From NCBI RefSeq assembly GCF_009914755.1, contig NC_060926.1: DNA of 64,000 bases. One strand, 5' to 3'. Positions 47,256 through 60,080 of the stretch are shown here, piece after piece. Origin of the DNA: the human T2T-CHM13v2.0 reference genome, Homo sapiens. A program made the position numbers and the translations under genes. The notes under the pieces were generated by a model. The model was not told where the DNA came from. It did not search any database and saw only the letters and a program-made list of their open reading frames with translations. Position 1 is the stretch's first letter. The number at the start of each line of letters is the position of its first letter.

Positions 47256-47489
47256 CATTAAATGGCATTGCAGGTAGAGGTGGGAGGCCATTATAGGTCT
47301 GGCTACATCTTCTGTACATCTCCACCCTTCTCCATTCTGTTCTCTGGCCCAGAGAAGCTGAAATATATTTTCCTATTTTCCCTTATGACCAATCATACTT
47401 CCTTTTGGCCACCTTCCTCCTCTTTCAATTGTCCAAAGGTTCCTTCTGTTAGAGAAGCAGACACACCAAGCTACCTGTGTTTCCCTGGA

Positions 47490-47680
47490 TCAGTAGCTCT
47501 CAACAGTGGCCGTAAGCCCACGTGTGTCAGTCCCACACTTATTAAAATGCAGATTAGTCAGCCTCCCTCAATGCATATTCAGTCAGTATTTCTACAACTG
47601 GGGCTTGAGAATCTGCATGTTTGAAAATTTTCCCAGGGCATTTCTTGTAAAGTCTGAAAATTAGAATCCTAGATTATAGA
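47490..47680. mobile_element. MER5-family hAT MITE, diverged
   Basis: 'cagtagctctcaac...cttattaaaatgcagatt...gagaatctgcatgtttgaaaattttccc'. Confidence 0.55.
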
Positions 47681-47838
47681 AACAACACCCTTCTGATGGG
47701 CATCCAAGTGGTTTCTTAAACCTAATTTTTTTCTAATCTCCAAAAAGGAGAACTTAGAAATAATTTGTTTGTCTCTGCTCTATTTTGACTGAGTATAATC
47801 TGCTAGGCTTTTATTTCTAGTTTATTCAATGCCTATAA

Positions 47839-48229
<391 letters not shown>

Positions 48230-49534
48230 TGAGATTCAACGTCTGGCTTGAAATTTTATAAACTGTGAAAAGATTATGACTTTCATGTTTTTTACTAAGT
48301 CTAATCCCATGACAGATTATTCCATATATTTTTGTATAAGAGTACTGATTTTATTTTTATTTGCATGCTAATGTTTCTATGATAAATTATATTTCAACAT
48401 TTTACTTGTATTACAAATAAAGTCATTCAAAAATTACTAATCAATGCTATGCTTTTATGCGTTTCTCTGAGTTGTAGAGGGGAAATGAGTCTGTGACTTA
48501 GATGGTTATAGAATTTGTCATGAGGAATCTATGTTTCCCAAAAGTGTATGCAACACTGCTTTCACATTACACCCAATCTTCTGGAAGACAGACACTAGGT
48601 TGATATTTTCCAGAATTTCTGTTACAATTTCCAGAGTTTAGCACTTTTAAACAAATATTGTCCTTTCATTTTCTTCAGATTTCATAGGTGGATTTCCCCA
48701 CACCAGAAATTATTTCAAGATATTAGGGCAAATCAAGGTTGTCATAAATAAAGAACAAGGCAGAGGTAAAGTCATGTGCCAAGCAGATAATAAATATCTA
48801 GCTGAGTAGCTAAATGCAGTCCCATCAAAGAAGACTGATTCTATTGGTCTCTTATTAATAATGTTGAATTATTTCCTGACACAGAATGGGTGTGGTATAT
48901 TGATTGCAAGAGCTGCGTAATAGATTGGGCTGAGATTTAAATTAAACCAGCCTTCTAAGCTGGAAAGGATCAGATGATGGAGTCTTTATGTTCCACTTTG
49001 GCTGAACTGTGTTTATGGTGAACACACAAAAGCATGCATTTCCTTTCAAACGTTAAGATTTGCAGCTGTTGGTTAAAAATATATCCAAAATGGTACCAAA
49101 AGCAAATGGTCCATACATTTTAAGAATGTAAGGAAAAGGCTGATGAATTTTTTTACAAATTACATTGCATGAGATAAAATGTCTCATAAGAAAAGACTCT
49201 TAGAGAATTTCTACTCCTCTATGCCTCTGGTTAAATTATTTAAGTCAATGTGTTTAACATGAATGCATTTTTCAGAAAGAGAAAAAAATTTCCACATTTA
49301 AAATAATTGTGCATTTTCTTTTATTAGCAAAAAGGCTTATAAAACCTCCAGATTCTAGAAGTATAGAAGAATAAATAAGGAGTAACATGTAAAAAAGGGA
49401 GAGAAAATAATTTTGTATTATATACACCAAAAGTCTTTATTTACATTAAGATTTTTACATAGGGATTATATAGGATTTTGGAAATCCTAAATTTGAAATG
49501 AACCTTGAAATTTATCAAGTTCAGAACTACTAAT

Positions 49535-49760
49535 AATAACAACAATTATGTTAATAATATAGCTAAATTTTGAGCACTTATAATCTGCTGCAAATTTTTA
49601 AAAGAAGCTTTACATATGTAATCTTAGTCAATCCTCACAACAACCCTATGATGTAAATATTATTAACTTCATTTGACATTATGATAAAGGAACTGAGACA
49701 CAGAGTGTTTAAAAATTCTGCGTGAGGTCATAGAGCTAGCAAGTGGAAGAGTCAGTATTA
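49535..49760 (-). mobile_element. MIR SINE
   Basis: 'aatcctcacaacaaccctatga...gataaaggaactgagacacagag...aggtcatagagctagcaagtgg'. Confidence 0.75.
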
Positions 49761-50238
49761 AGACTGAAGAAACACTTGTAAAATTAGCCCAGCCAGTTCT
49801 GTCCAGGGAAAGTGTACACAGCTGTAGAGAGTATGATTTGAAGATGCCAGAAGGTCTACCCAAGGTCTATCCAAACACAGTACCTTCAGCAGTTTACAAC
49901 ACTGCTTCAAATTCCCACCAATAAAGAAAGTGCTTTGTGCTAAGTTATTGCCTAGAAAGGACATGTGTTTAAAATATTACCTAAGAAGAATTGCTCATTA
50001 ATGATAGCAAGACAAGGTGGACAGATTTTAGGGAAATTTGGATGATAAAAGAGAGAAAAAAAAAGAGCTGTTGGAGGTAAAGCATCATGGTATATACTTT
50101 TCTTCAATCCTGGAAAAGTGGAAGGGTAATGAAGATAAAAATCATCTAATTTGGTTTTGATTGGATATGGAAATTGTGCATCTTAAGTTGTCTTCTCATT
50201 TGGGAGGTATAACCGTAATAGATAGTTAAAGCTTTACC

Positions 50239-50365
50239 ATTTGCAATTGTTAAGTTTAATTAATAGCAAAAATAATCTAGGTATAATATATTTGCAATTG
50301 TTAAGTTTGATTAATAGCAAAAATTGTCTAGGTATAATATAGCAAAAATTATCTATGTATAATAT
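50239..50365. repeat. 51-bp tandem duplication plus partial third copy
   Basis: atttgcaattgttaagtttRattaatagcaaaaatWRtctaggtataatat at 50239-50289 and 50290-50340, then agcaaaaattatctatgtataatat. Confidence 0.9.
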
Positions 50366-53300
50366 CTAGGCAAGTCAAGGAGACTTGCCTCCTTGAGCAG
50401 AGATTCTTAAACAAGGGTCCACATAAGAACCCCTATTGATATATGAAATTTCAAGTATGTATGTGAGAATACACAGCACCCTAAAAAGATTGTCCAAATT
50501 CATTAAATTCTCATGTGGATGTAAATCTTTTAAAACTGTCAAGATAGCATAGAATCAACCTAGCACAGCTGAACTTCTTACATATCATCCAAAATTAGTG
50601 CCTTCTGGAAGTGGTCTTTAACAGCTAAGAGAATAATAAATATCACATACAACTGTTTTGAATTTTGTATCCTAATGAGCACCTAGAGCTACATTTAAGC
50701 TGATATTTTAGAAAGCAAAATATGATATCAAAATACTCAAGATAATATCGCACACCACTGGTTTGCTAGAACTACCTTTTACTTTTCCAGTGTGTTTCTG
50801 CAGCAACAGATGCAACTATTTGGGATTGGGGTTTTAAGTAAAGAATATGCTACAAGGAAATGAGAAGGTATGTCAATAGATGTTCTTAGCAAAGAGTTAG
50901 GCAATTGGAGTCAGCAGTCTATTAATTAAAAATACTTTCCAAAATGAACAAACTGATCTGACTTTCTTGATGAGTTATTACCAGGTTCCTTTCAGCTCTT
51001 AAAACATTTGCTTTACTCTGTTTAACAACAAATGTGGGCCAATTGCTGTGAGTTAATTGAAAAGGATTGTTTTCTAGTTGCCAAGAAACAGTGCTTTCTT
51101 ACATTATGCCGGCCATTATGTGCGCAGATCAAGCTTCCTGATTTTTCTTTTAGGGTTTAAGAATATAGGCTGCTGTGATTTAGCTGTCCCTTGAGGAGAG
51201 GAGAGCAAATCAAGAAGGCTTTTGGGAGTGTTGTTCTATTTCAATTTACCAGGTAGGATTTGGATTTGAAAGTGCTACCTTCTTTCTTGTGCTTAACTTT
51301 TCCTAAATCACTTAAATGCTTTTATGTTGAGTGAATGAGTAGATCTAAAATAATGATATTACTTGACAGAGTTTCATGTAAGATCATGCCACATTGATAT
51401 TCTTCCAGTTGAAGATTCTGAGAAAAAAGAGAAAAAGAGATAGAGATAATAATAGATGTCTGTGAGACTGGTTCTAGAGCTTGTTGTTGGTTTCAGAGTA
51501 GTGAATATATGTAAATCAAGAGGTTGTGAGTGTGCTTAGCGTTGAAATATTGATATTGCTTTGGAAGCAAATATCATTATGTCTCTTTAAAGGAAAGATT
51601 TCAAATCTTGTTTGGTTCCAACTACAAAATGGGCTTTATAGCTTGTTAACTTCAGAAAGATTAGTTGATCTTGTATCTAAGTATAACTTGGTTACTTCTG
51701 GCTCTTAAAAAAACACACCTGTATATATTTTCAGCATCTTTTTTTCCTCTTTTTTGTTGACTATTTTCTTGATGATTTTCCTTTAACAATGAAGGTAAAA
51801 TTAGGGTCCTTGCACTTAATGGAGTATACTAACAGGTATGATACACACAAAAAAAGGCATTTGTCATGCTCAGGAAGAAAAGCAACATTTCCTTTTCTTT
51901 TCTCTCTCTCTTTTACTTTGGATCATTTGAATTAAAAGAAAAACAGCATTTGTTGATTCAAAATTAGTAGCTTCCAGGCTCACAAATGCAGTGCTCACTG
52001 TGTGTAATGTAGGGCAAGGGTTGAAAAGGACTCCATGAGTTAAGTTCATTAGGTCAAAGCATCATCCCATTCTTGAATTCATGCTTTCATAGGTTTAGGT
52101 TGAACTCTGCAAGTTCGTGAACTTATACTTAGCATCATGGAGTTTACATTGATTGCACGTTGAAAGCAGGTCTTGCCAACTTTGCAGATGAACCTAGCTG
52201 AAAGCTGTTATTTATCCTTTCTTTCAAAGATTTTACCTCCTGTCTTGCATACTTCTGGGTTTCTTTAGGAACATATTTCCTTTAAAAGGAAGATCACCAA
52301 AATGGATACAAGTCAGGTCAAATATTTGTTGTCTCATTAGGTACGTTTCCATTTGTTCAGGGTTTGAAGCCACCTAAGTATAAATATGACCTGTGTAATG
52401 TGAACCCTAGTTAATGCTGGAAAGAAATGATTGCAGCATGCCTTTATCTGGTAATATGATTTGGGTTTTCCACATGTGAACAAACACTTTGGTAAGGAAA
52501 CTATTATGTGAAATAATGTCAATGAAGTGATAGTTGAATATGAACATGCAATCCATTCATTTATTTTTAACTCTTCATACCGGAGTCTCCTTTCTTGAGT
52601 TTACTATTTATGTTTTAATTAAAATAAAGAATCACAGTACCACCGGCTTTCACAAATTCATTACACTGCATTTTTAATTCGTATAATAGTAAAATTGAAG
52701 TAGCTCATTTAAATAAATGCGTGGTTTGTGGCTATGTATGCTTGCTGTGATATTACCATTTTTAGTTTTGTTAGGATTTTGCATTTCTTTCCAAGCAAGA
52801 TGCAATTAAACAATTCTGTTGTAGTTTACATTCTTTTCTTCACTTTTTTTCTGGCCAAAAAGTGCTCTTTTTCCTGAAAATGTACTCTTGATATTATTGG
52901 TACTATGGTGCTTAAAATATCTATGCTGGTGAAAATTTTTACTTAGTCCTTTTTTTTTTTTTTGGCCACTGCTAGAGCAAGGTGACATGTGATTGTGTGG
53001 GGTGGGTGGAGTGGTTTGAAAATCAGCCTGAGATGGTACCTTATAAGTAGATTTCTCTCCATATCTAGCACACTGTTTCTTCTTTGTCAGTATAGCAGAG
53101 TGGTTGTGACATTAATAAAATACCTACATAGGAAATATTTGGTAGTGCAACAAAAAACCTTGGTTTCATCTCTGAAAATTTTTTGTTTAATAAATATTAA
53201 GTGATATTAATTTGCTTCTCTGTGGATTAAAAATTTTGTAAAAAGAATAATGTCCATCTAGGTTGGGATGGAAATTAGGCTATACAATTTTTGTTCATCC

Positions 53301-53865
53301 TTAATTAAGGAGAGACTGAATTGCATTCATTGGTAGTTTGTAGAACATAGTGATTGATATTCCATAAAATCATAAGGGCATTTATTGCTTATTGAATCTA
53401 ATGGCTTTAAAACTTTATTGTGAGGAACCTTAGAAATTCCCAAAAGCATTATAACAAGGATGGATATGTAGAAGAGGGAGGGAATGGTTAGCTCTTGGTG
53501 TGGAGTAAATAAGCCATGTTTCAACTAGCCCATGGTTTTTAAATTTGTCTGCAAGAACACAGATAGTGTAAGAGATTTTGGCAAACTTTTCATGACAATA
53601 GAATACACTGGATTTACTCTATAGCATTACTCTGATCAACCATTCGAGAAATCCAGTCAAGTATGAGGTTAACTTGACATATCTCATTTATAGTGAACTC
53701 AAGATGCTTTTTGATAACCAGTTCTCCTATTGCAGGCACTCAGCATTTCTTTCATTGTTCTAGAATTTAGAATTATTTCAGGGATCCTTACTAAGTAGTT
53801 TATCAATTTTTTTAAAAGTCTACCTACTTTTTTTTTTTGAAATTGGGTTATTTATCTTATGGTAC

Positions 53866-53992
53866 TTTTTTTTTTTTTTTTTTACAGGTTCTTGCTATGT
53901 AGCCCAGGCTGGTCTTAAACCCCTGGCCTCAAACAATTCTGCCTGGGTCTCCCAAAGTGTTCGATTATAGGCATGTGCCACTGTGCTCAGCC
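53866..53992 (-). mobile_element. FLAM / free left Alu monomer
   Basis: T tail plus 'cttgctatgtagcccaggctggtcttaaacccctggcctcaa...tcccaaagtg...gccactgtgctcagcc'. Confidence 0.85.
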
Positions 53993-54454
53993 TATGGGTC
54001 ATCTTTTGAACGTTGTTTCAAGGATTTCTGAAAACATTATTGTGCCTTTGATTGCTAATTTCCCTCATAGTCTTTTGGTATGAAATTTACCTAAGTTTAG
54101 AAATTCAGAACAATATATATATTAATAAAGTGCTTTCTTATTATCTATTTTCCTAAAAATGTTCCCTATAATATTAGATCATTCACCTAAATGAAGGAGA
54201 TAGATATATACAAAATATTACAATAATTTTAATTGTTCTATTGTTTATATAAATACAATTAGTACCAATCTTCAATCTTGCTCTGATACCCATAGGGACA
54301 TTCCTTTCTTTTTGCCTTAAAATTTTTGTTATGCTGAAATTTTAACCCTTTCCTCAACTGCTGTGGTGTTATTTCTCATATGTTCCTATTTCCATGTTTT
54401 CTGTAGACATTTCTAATACTTCAGAGTGCTTGCTCTCTCTTTCTTTTCCTTTTG

Positions 54455-54632
54455 AGTAGTTCTCAGTTTGGCAATGTGTGAAGATGTTTTTTTGGTTGTC
54501 ACAACAAGGGGGTGGAGTACTCCTGGCATCTCATAGGCAGAGGACAGGCAGGCTGCTAAACATCATACAATACATGGACATTCCCCCACAACAAAGAAGT
54601 GTTCAATTCCAAATGTCAATAAGAAACCCTGC
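54455..54632. mobile_element. MER20-like hAT element
   Basis: 'tttggttgtcacaac...ctggcatctcataggcagaggacagg...ctgctaaacatcatacaat...ccccacaacaaagaa...ccaaatgtcaata'. Confidence 0.75.
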
Positions 54633-55466
54633 TTTACAGGTCTCATATATCTGATTGTGGCTAAACACATAATTATGGGTCAGAATTTTTGTTTTGAGAA
54701 TGTCTTCAAGTCCCATGTAACTTTATTCCTTTTATTCATAATATTAGCCTATAAGATCACACCTATTTGTTAATTGAACATTCTGGAATCTGCCTATTTA
54801 AAGTCTAGGAATCATGATCTGACTGGATTATCCAGTTTTCTCTTCCTTGATTATTACCAGTAAAATGACAATGGTCACATTATCTTTAAGCTGTGCGTAT
54901 AACTAAATAGTGCTTTGTCTGAATGACTTGTGGATTATTTCCCCCATTGCTTCTAAAAGCAATGGATAAAGAAGGATTCATTAAAGCAAGACAATAATCA
55001 TCTGTTGAATCACTGTGCTCCTGGATTTCCATGCCCAAATCATTTTTCAATAGTGATTTGCTCATTCTACAGATATTTCATTCTATAGAATATAATCATT
55101 TGCTCATTCTACAGATATTTATTCAGCATCTATAAAAAGAAAAGGACAAGAAAAAATGAAAAAATGAAAAGAAATGAAAAAATGAAACAAAATAGAGGGA
55201 AAAAAAAAAGCAGTAATGTATCTTTCCAGTGCAACCATAACTCAGAGTAATTCTTTTCCTCTGGTGAATATCTGTCTCTAGTGAATTCTTTAAAATTCCT
55301 TACTTATTTTATATTTTATTACTCAATGGTCTGGGGTGAAGCTATTAGTTTCTTTTTTAGGAGGGGAATGAGAAGCATAAGTGAAGCAGAGTATTATAAT
55401 TTTAATATTCTGATATTGCTATTTCATGTTATTTTGTAGTTTCTTCCCTTCCTTCCTTAATGCTTC

Positions 55467-55760
55467 TGTTTGTTTTGTTTGTTTGTTTGTTTGTTTTTGA
55501 GACATGGGCTCACTCCTAGAGTGCAGTGGCATAATCTCAGCTTACTGCAACCTCTGCCTCTAGGCCTCAGGTGATCCTCCCACTTCAGCCTCCCAAGTAG
55601 CTGGGATTACTGGCACATACCACCACCATTTTGTATTTTTTTGTAAAAACAGGGTTTCGCCATATTGCATAGGCTGGTCTCAAACTCCTGGACTCAAGTA
55701 ATCCTCTTGCCTTGCCTTCCAAAGTGTTGGGATTACAGGTGTGAGCCACCTCGACCAACC
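55467..55760 (-). mobile_element. AluJ
   Basis: (gttt)n tail; 'caaactcctggactcaagtaatcctcttgcc'. Confidence 0.88.
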
Positions 55761-56597
55761 TTGTTTACATGATATATGCAGAAATACATGCATCTTCCTG
55801 TTAAATGTTCTACTACTGTGTTAAAATATGAAGAAAAATTTGATGCTCTAAAATTCTCACTTTGTAAAGCTATAAATTTTAAGTAATCATTTAACTTACT
55901 ACGATTTTATTTACCAAAAGATGATTCCTCTTCTCTTCAAATTAGAAATTGAATTTTGCTCACTAGGGGTTTATTGGCATACAAAATTCCAAAGAAACAA
56001 TACAAATAATAGCTATAGAAAATGTTTAAAAATTGTATGAGTATATTTTTGGAGTTTATTGAAAATGAGAGATATTCTAATACTTTGCCTTATAATTTTC
56101 TAGTGATGATTTTGAAAAAAATTAATTTTATCTTAAAAGTCTTAGTGGTAACTGACAGATTGCAATGAAATTGCCTTTGTTATGCAAGCAAAACAAAGAG
56201 GAGTCATTTGTTCTTTGAAGTCCAGACTTTGCAATTTATTAGCTCTCCAAATGTGAGTAAGTTACTTAGTCTTTATGAACCTAGATTTCTTCTACTGTGA
56301 ACTGGATAAAAATATTTATCTAATAGTGTCATTATGGAAACTAAATGCACAAATACAGTTTAGTACTCGTCACAGAGAAATTATGTAATGATATGAAGTT
56401 CCCCTTTCTTCATAACTTTAGGCCTAGGCTATCAAAATTCATTCACAGAAAAGACTCTAAACGAACCTTAAAGATCATCTAGTGTACCACACGTGATGCT
56501 TGCATAGTTTAATGTTCCCCTGGTAACTAGCTTATACTTTATTAGCTTTAATAAAATAAAAACTGTTACCTCCTAAGGCAACAGACATTTATAAATA

Positions 56598-56677
56598 TTA
56601 TGTTGAAACCTATGAAATTGCTACTTGTGTAGGCCAAAACAGCCCAATATTGACAAATTTTATATGAGTCAACCCAG
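56598..56677. mobile_element. MADE2-like ~80-bp mariner MITE
   Basis: Imperfect palindrome 'ttatgttgaaacctatgaaattgc...caaattttatatgagtcaacccag' flanked by TA. Confidence 0.6.
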
Positions 56678-56828
56678 TAAATATAACATAGCCAATCCTA
56701 TTTCTGCAAAGAATTCTATATTATGAAAGATTGACATGACTTGATAAGGTTATAGACATAGTTCTATTAAAAAACATTATAAAAAGACACTGCTAGGGAG
56801 AGAGAGTATAATCAATAAGAGCTTAGAG

Positions 56829-57167
56829 CAGAGGTTAACAAACCGCAGTCTATGGGCCAAATCCAGCCCACTACTTGTTTTTGTATAGCCTGTGTGGTAA
56901 GAATTGTTTTTACATTTTTAGACAGTTGGAAAAAAATCAAAAGAAGGACAATACTTTGCGACACATGGAAATTATATGAAATTTAAATTTCTGTGTCCAT
57001 AAATAAAGTTTTATTGGAGCAGAGCCATATACCTGCATGTACATATTGTCTAAGTCTACTTTTGTGCTCCAGAGACAGAGTTAAATAGTTAAGACAGAGA
57101 TTTTATGGTTTATAAACTTGAAGTATTTACTACCTCAACCTTTACAACAAAGGTTTGCTGACCCCTG
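56829..57167. mobile_element. MER58B-like hAT-Charlie element nested in a MIR (~56800-57350)
   Basis: TIRs cagaggttaacaaac / gtttgctgacccctg; degenerate 8-bp flanks gcttagag / ccctaaag; MIR resumes 'tcagactgcctgctttcaaatgccag'. Confidence 0.82.
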
Positions 57168-59934
57168 CCCTAAAGTCAGACTGCCTGCTTTCAAATGCCA
57201 GTGTCAACACTTCTTGGCTGTGTGATTTAGTCAAGTTACTTAACTTTCCTAAGCCTCAATTTCCACATTTTAAAATGAGCATAATAATAGTCCTTACCTC
57301 AAGGATAATTGTAACTGCCTAGTATATCATAAGTACTCTATAAATATTACTATAATTATTAATATTATTTGGAGGTGCCATTGTAAATGACTTTAAAACC
57401 CCTTAGATTGTAGCCCAGCTTCTGTAGCTGAAAAGCTTAGATGGGCTACAATTGTTGTATCACCATATTATGACATGAAGTCCAAACAACAGTCACCAGC
57501 ATTCTGTGGACTTTAATAGTAAAATGTTACCACTTGCTCATATAAATGATTTTAATATTTACATCTCATTCATACCAAATGGATCATTTCAAGTTAAAAA
57601 TATTTAAGCTTCTAAATGTGCAATTGCTAAGCTGCAAAGTAGGGGCTGTTTTCTCCCTGGGACAATGAACATCTGCTGAAACAATTTGTCCGACGGAGCA
57701 TTTGCCTCTGCTGGCCTTTTATTTTTCTTTTTTTTCAGAAATGGAAAAAGGATCATTGTTTAACTTCAACTCTTCTAAACCAAGAAACAGTTTCTCTTGG
57801 GACTACATGTTTCTAGGATTTGGGAAAGTAAAGGGGCCTTAGCTTTTTATTTATTTTTTCTTATTTTCCAGTAAGGGTAAGTGGAGTTTTACTTAGAATG
57901 CCATATTCTTTTTTCCATTTTATTTTAATATTGTTTGAAAGACCACAGGCCTTTCTAGATGATTTTAAGATTTGTGTATTGAATTGATCTCTGCAGCACT
58001 TTCTAAATCTGAGAGAGAGTGGGAGTGGGGTTAGTGGTTGTCAAACAGCAGAAAAGGAGTCAGGTTTTAAATTAGAAAGGCTTTTGAGAAATAGCCCAGA
58101 TCTATTACTTTTTGTTTGCAAAGTCAGAGGGGTTTGGAGGGAAGATGATCCAAAATCTTGAAAATAAAATAAAATCCTCTCAAAGCTAACATCTAATAGC
58201 CTACTAGAGATAACGGATGGGTAAGGAGAACTGCTGATAAACTTCAAGTCCAGGACTTATCAGTCAGCTTTCTTCTCCAGCTTTTCTACATTGATTTCCC
58301 CAGGGAAAGTTGAAGAGAGGACACTTAAGGCACTCAGCTTTATAATGCATACTTAAGAAGTCAGTGAATAATAACTACTAGAATTCTCTGGGTAAACCAG
58401 TTTGAATTAAAGATGCATTTCCTTTTGTTTCCTTGCTTTAAAGCAGGGGTTCTTGGTCTTTCGAGGTTACATCGAGAGCAGTGAGTCATATCCAAAATGA
58501 GGAAAGGAGCATAGAAATTTGTCAAATTTCTTGTTGATTCATAAGAAGGAGCATAAAGTATTATTCACAGTTCTATTTGCTAGAAAAAATTGATGAACTT
58601 TGCTATGTCCAAATAGAATAAATTCTATAATATATAAATTATTTCTGATTTTTAAATATTCAACCTAGTATTTTCCTGATAAAATGGTCAAGTATGTAAA
58701 TAAAAACAGTATAGCTATCAAGTCAAAAGTTTTTGCCACTTGTTTGTATTTTGTCAGTCAATTAAAATCTTTAACATTCTTTGTTACAGAGGCTTAAGAT
58801 GCTTGCAGGGTGGAGGGAAATTTTCCTTTGAGTGAACTGTTAGAATCTTTTGGATGATAGTCAAACACTTCTGTAATTTCCTTCACCATTTTTAGCTCCT
58901 TTTGGCATCATTTATTTCAAGTATGTCCCTGGAATGTCAAGAAGATGCCATTATTTTAAATGTTGTGTTTTAATATAATATCAAGCTAAATTTGTTCCTA
59001 GAGAACTCAGAAATAAAGGTAGAGTTCTTTTTTCTTATCTTTTAGCAAAATGGAAAACTTCAAAGATCAAATGGAGCCTTTGATCAATCTCCTACCTATG
59101 AAAGCAGATTAGAATTTTTATCCTCTGGCTACAGTCAATACAGATTTATGTGTTGTAGGAAAAAGAACTGAGTCAAAGGGAAACTAGAAGCTAGACCTCT
59201 CACTCAAATATTTGGTCCAAAGTCAGCTGCATTGTTCTGTCCTGATACTGGCTTTTGAGTGTTCTTCATTTAAACCTTTAGAAGAATGATTTGGGTAATA
59301 CTTTGGAATAAACTTCCTATGGTTATTTCTGAAGTTGAATACATCTACAATTCGAAATTCTATAATTCCTGGCTACTGTAATTCCCTTAAACATACATGT
59401 GAAGTTCATTGTGCTGGCACCAGTAGGCACAGCGAAAGAAAGAGCCAGGAGGGACCTCATTAGATCATCTAATTCATACCAAAATCATTCAAAACTGAGT
59501 CAAAGGTTTCCAAAGGATTTGTTACAACTGCAATGGCAATATAATTAGGTCTGTAACAATAAAAGAGGCTTGCTTGCCTTTCTGATCAAGAATCATTACA
59601 ATATCAAACAAAAGATGAATTCTTTCCTAAGAATCTTATGCTAATTCAGGTCTCTACAAGCACTCCAGGAACAAGATCCTTTTTAGTTACCAAGATCATG
59701 GTTAAGTGTGATTTTGGCCCAAAGGCTTAAAAAGCAAAGCACATATGATGTGTCCCACTGGTCTATGGGCTAGTTCTCTTTTCATTCCTATGCTCTAGAT
59801 TTTTTTCTATCCTTGTTATATTGAGAAACAATAAGTATAAGTATTTTTAGCTGGCTTACCTGAATTAATCTCTTACAGGGCTGACATATTTAAACTAACA
59901 ACAGCAAATATTTAACAGAGAAAACTCTCCCTGC

Positions 59935-60080
59935 TCTTAATTTCTAGCTCCTATCCCACTATTTTTAGCTTTGTGGCCTTGGGCAAGTCATTTAAATTCT
60001 CTGGATCTCAGTTTCTCCTTCTGTATAAAGTAAGAGAATGAATCTAGATGACTAAAAGAATCTCTTTTAGCTCTGACAGT
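59935..60080 (+). mobile_element. MIR fragment
   Basis: 'tgtggccttgggcaagtcatttaaattctctggatctcagtttctccttctgta'. Confidence 0.7.

Noticed and set aside
57739-59110. Several + strand acceptor-bounded segments as coding exons
   Set aside because: No recognisable protein and weak donors; kept only as weak support for the transcription-direction finding
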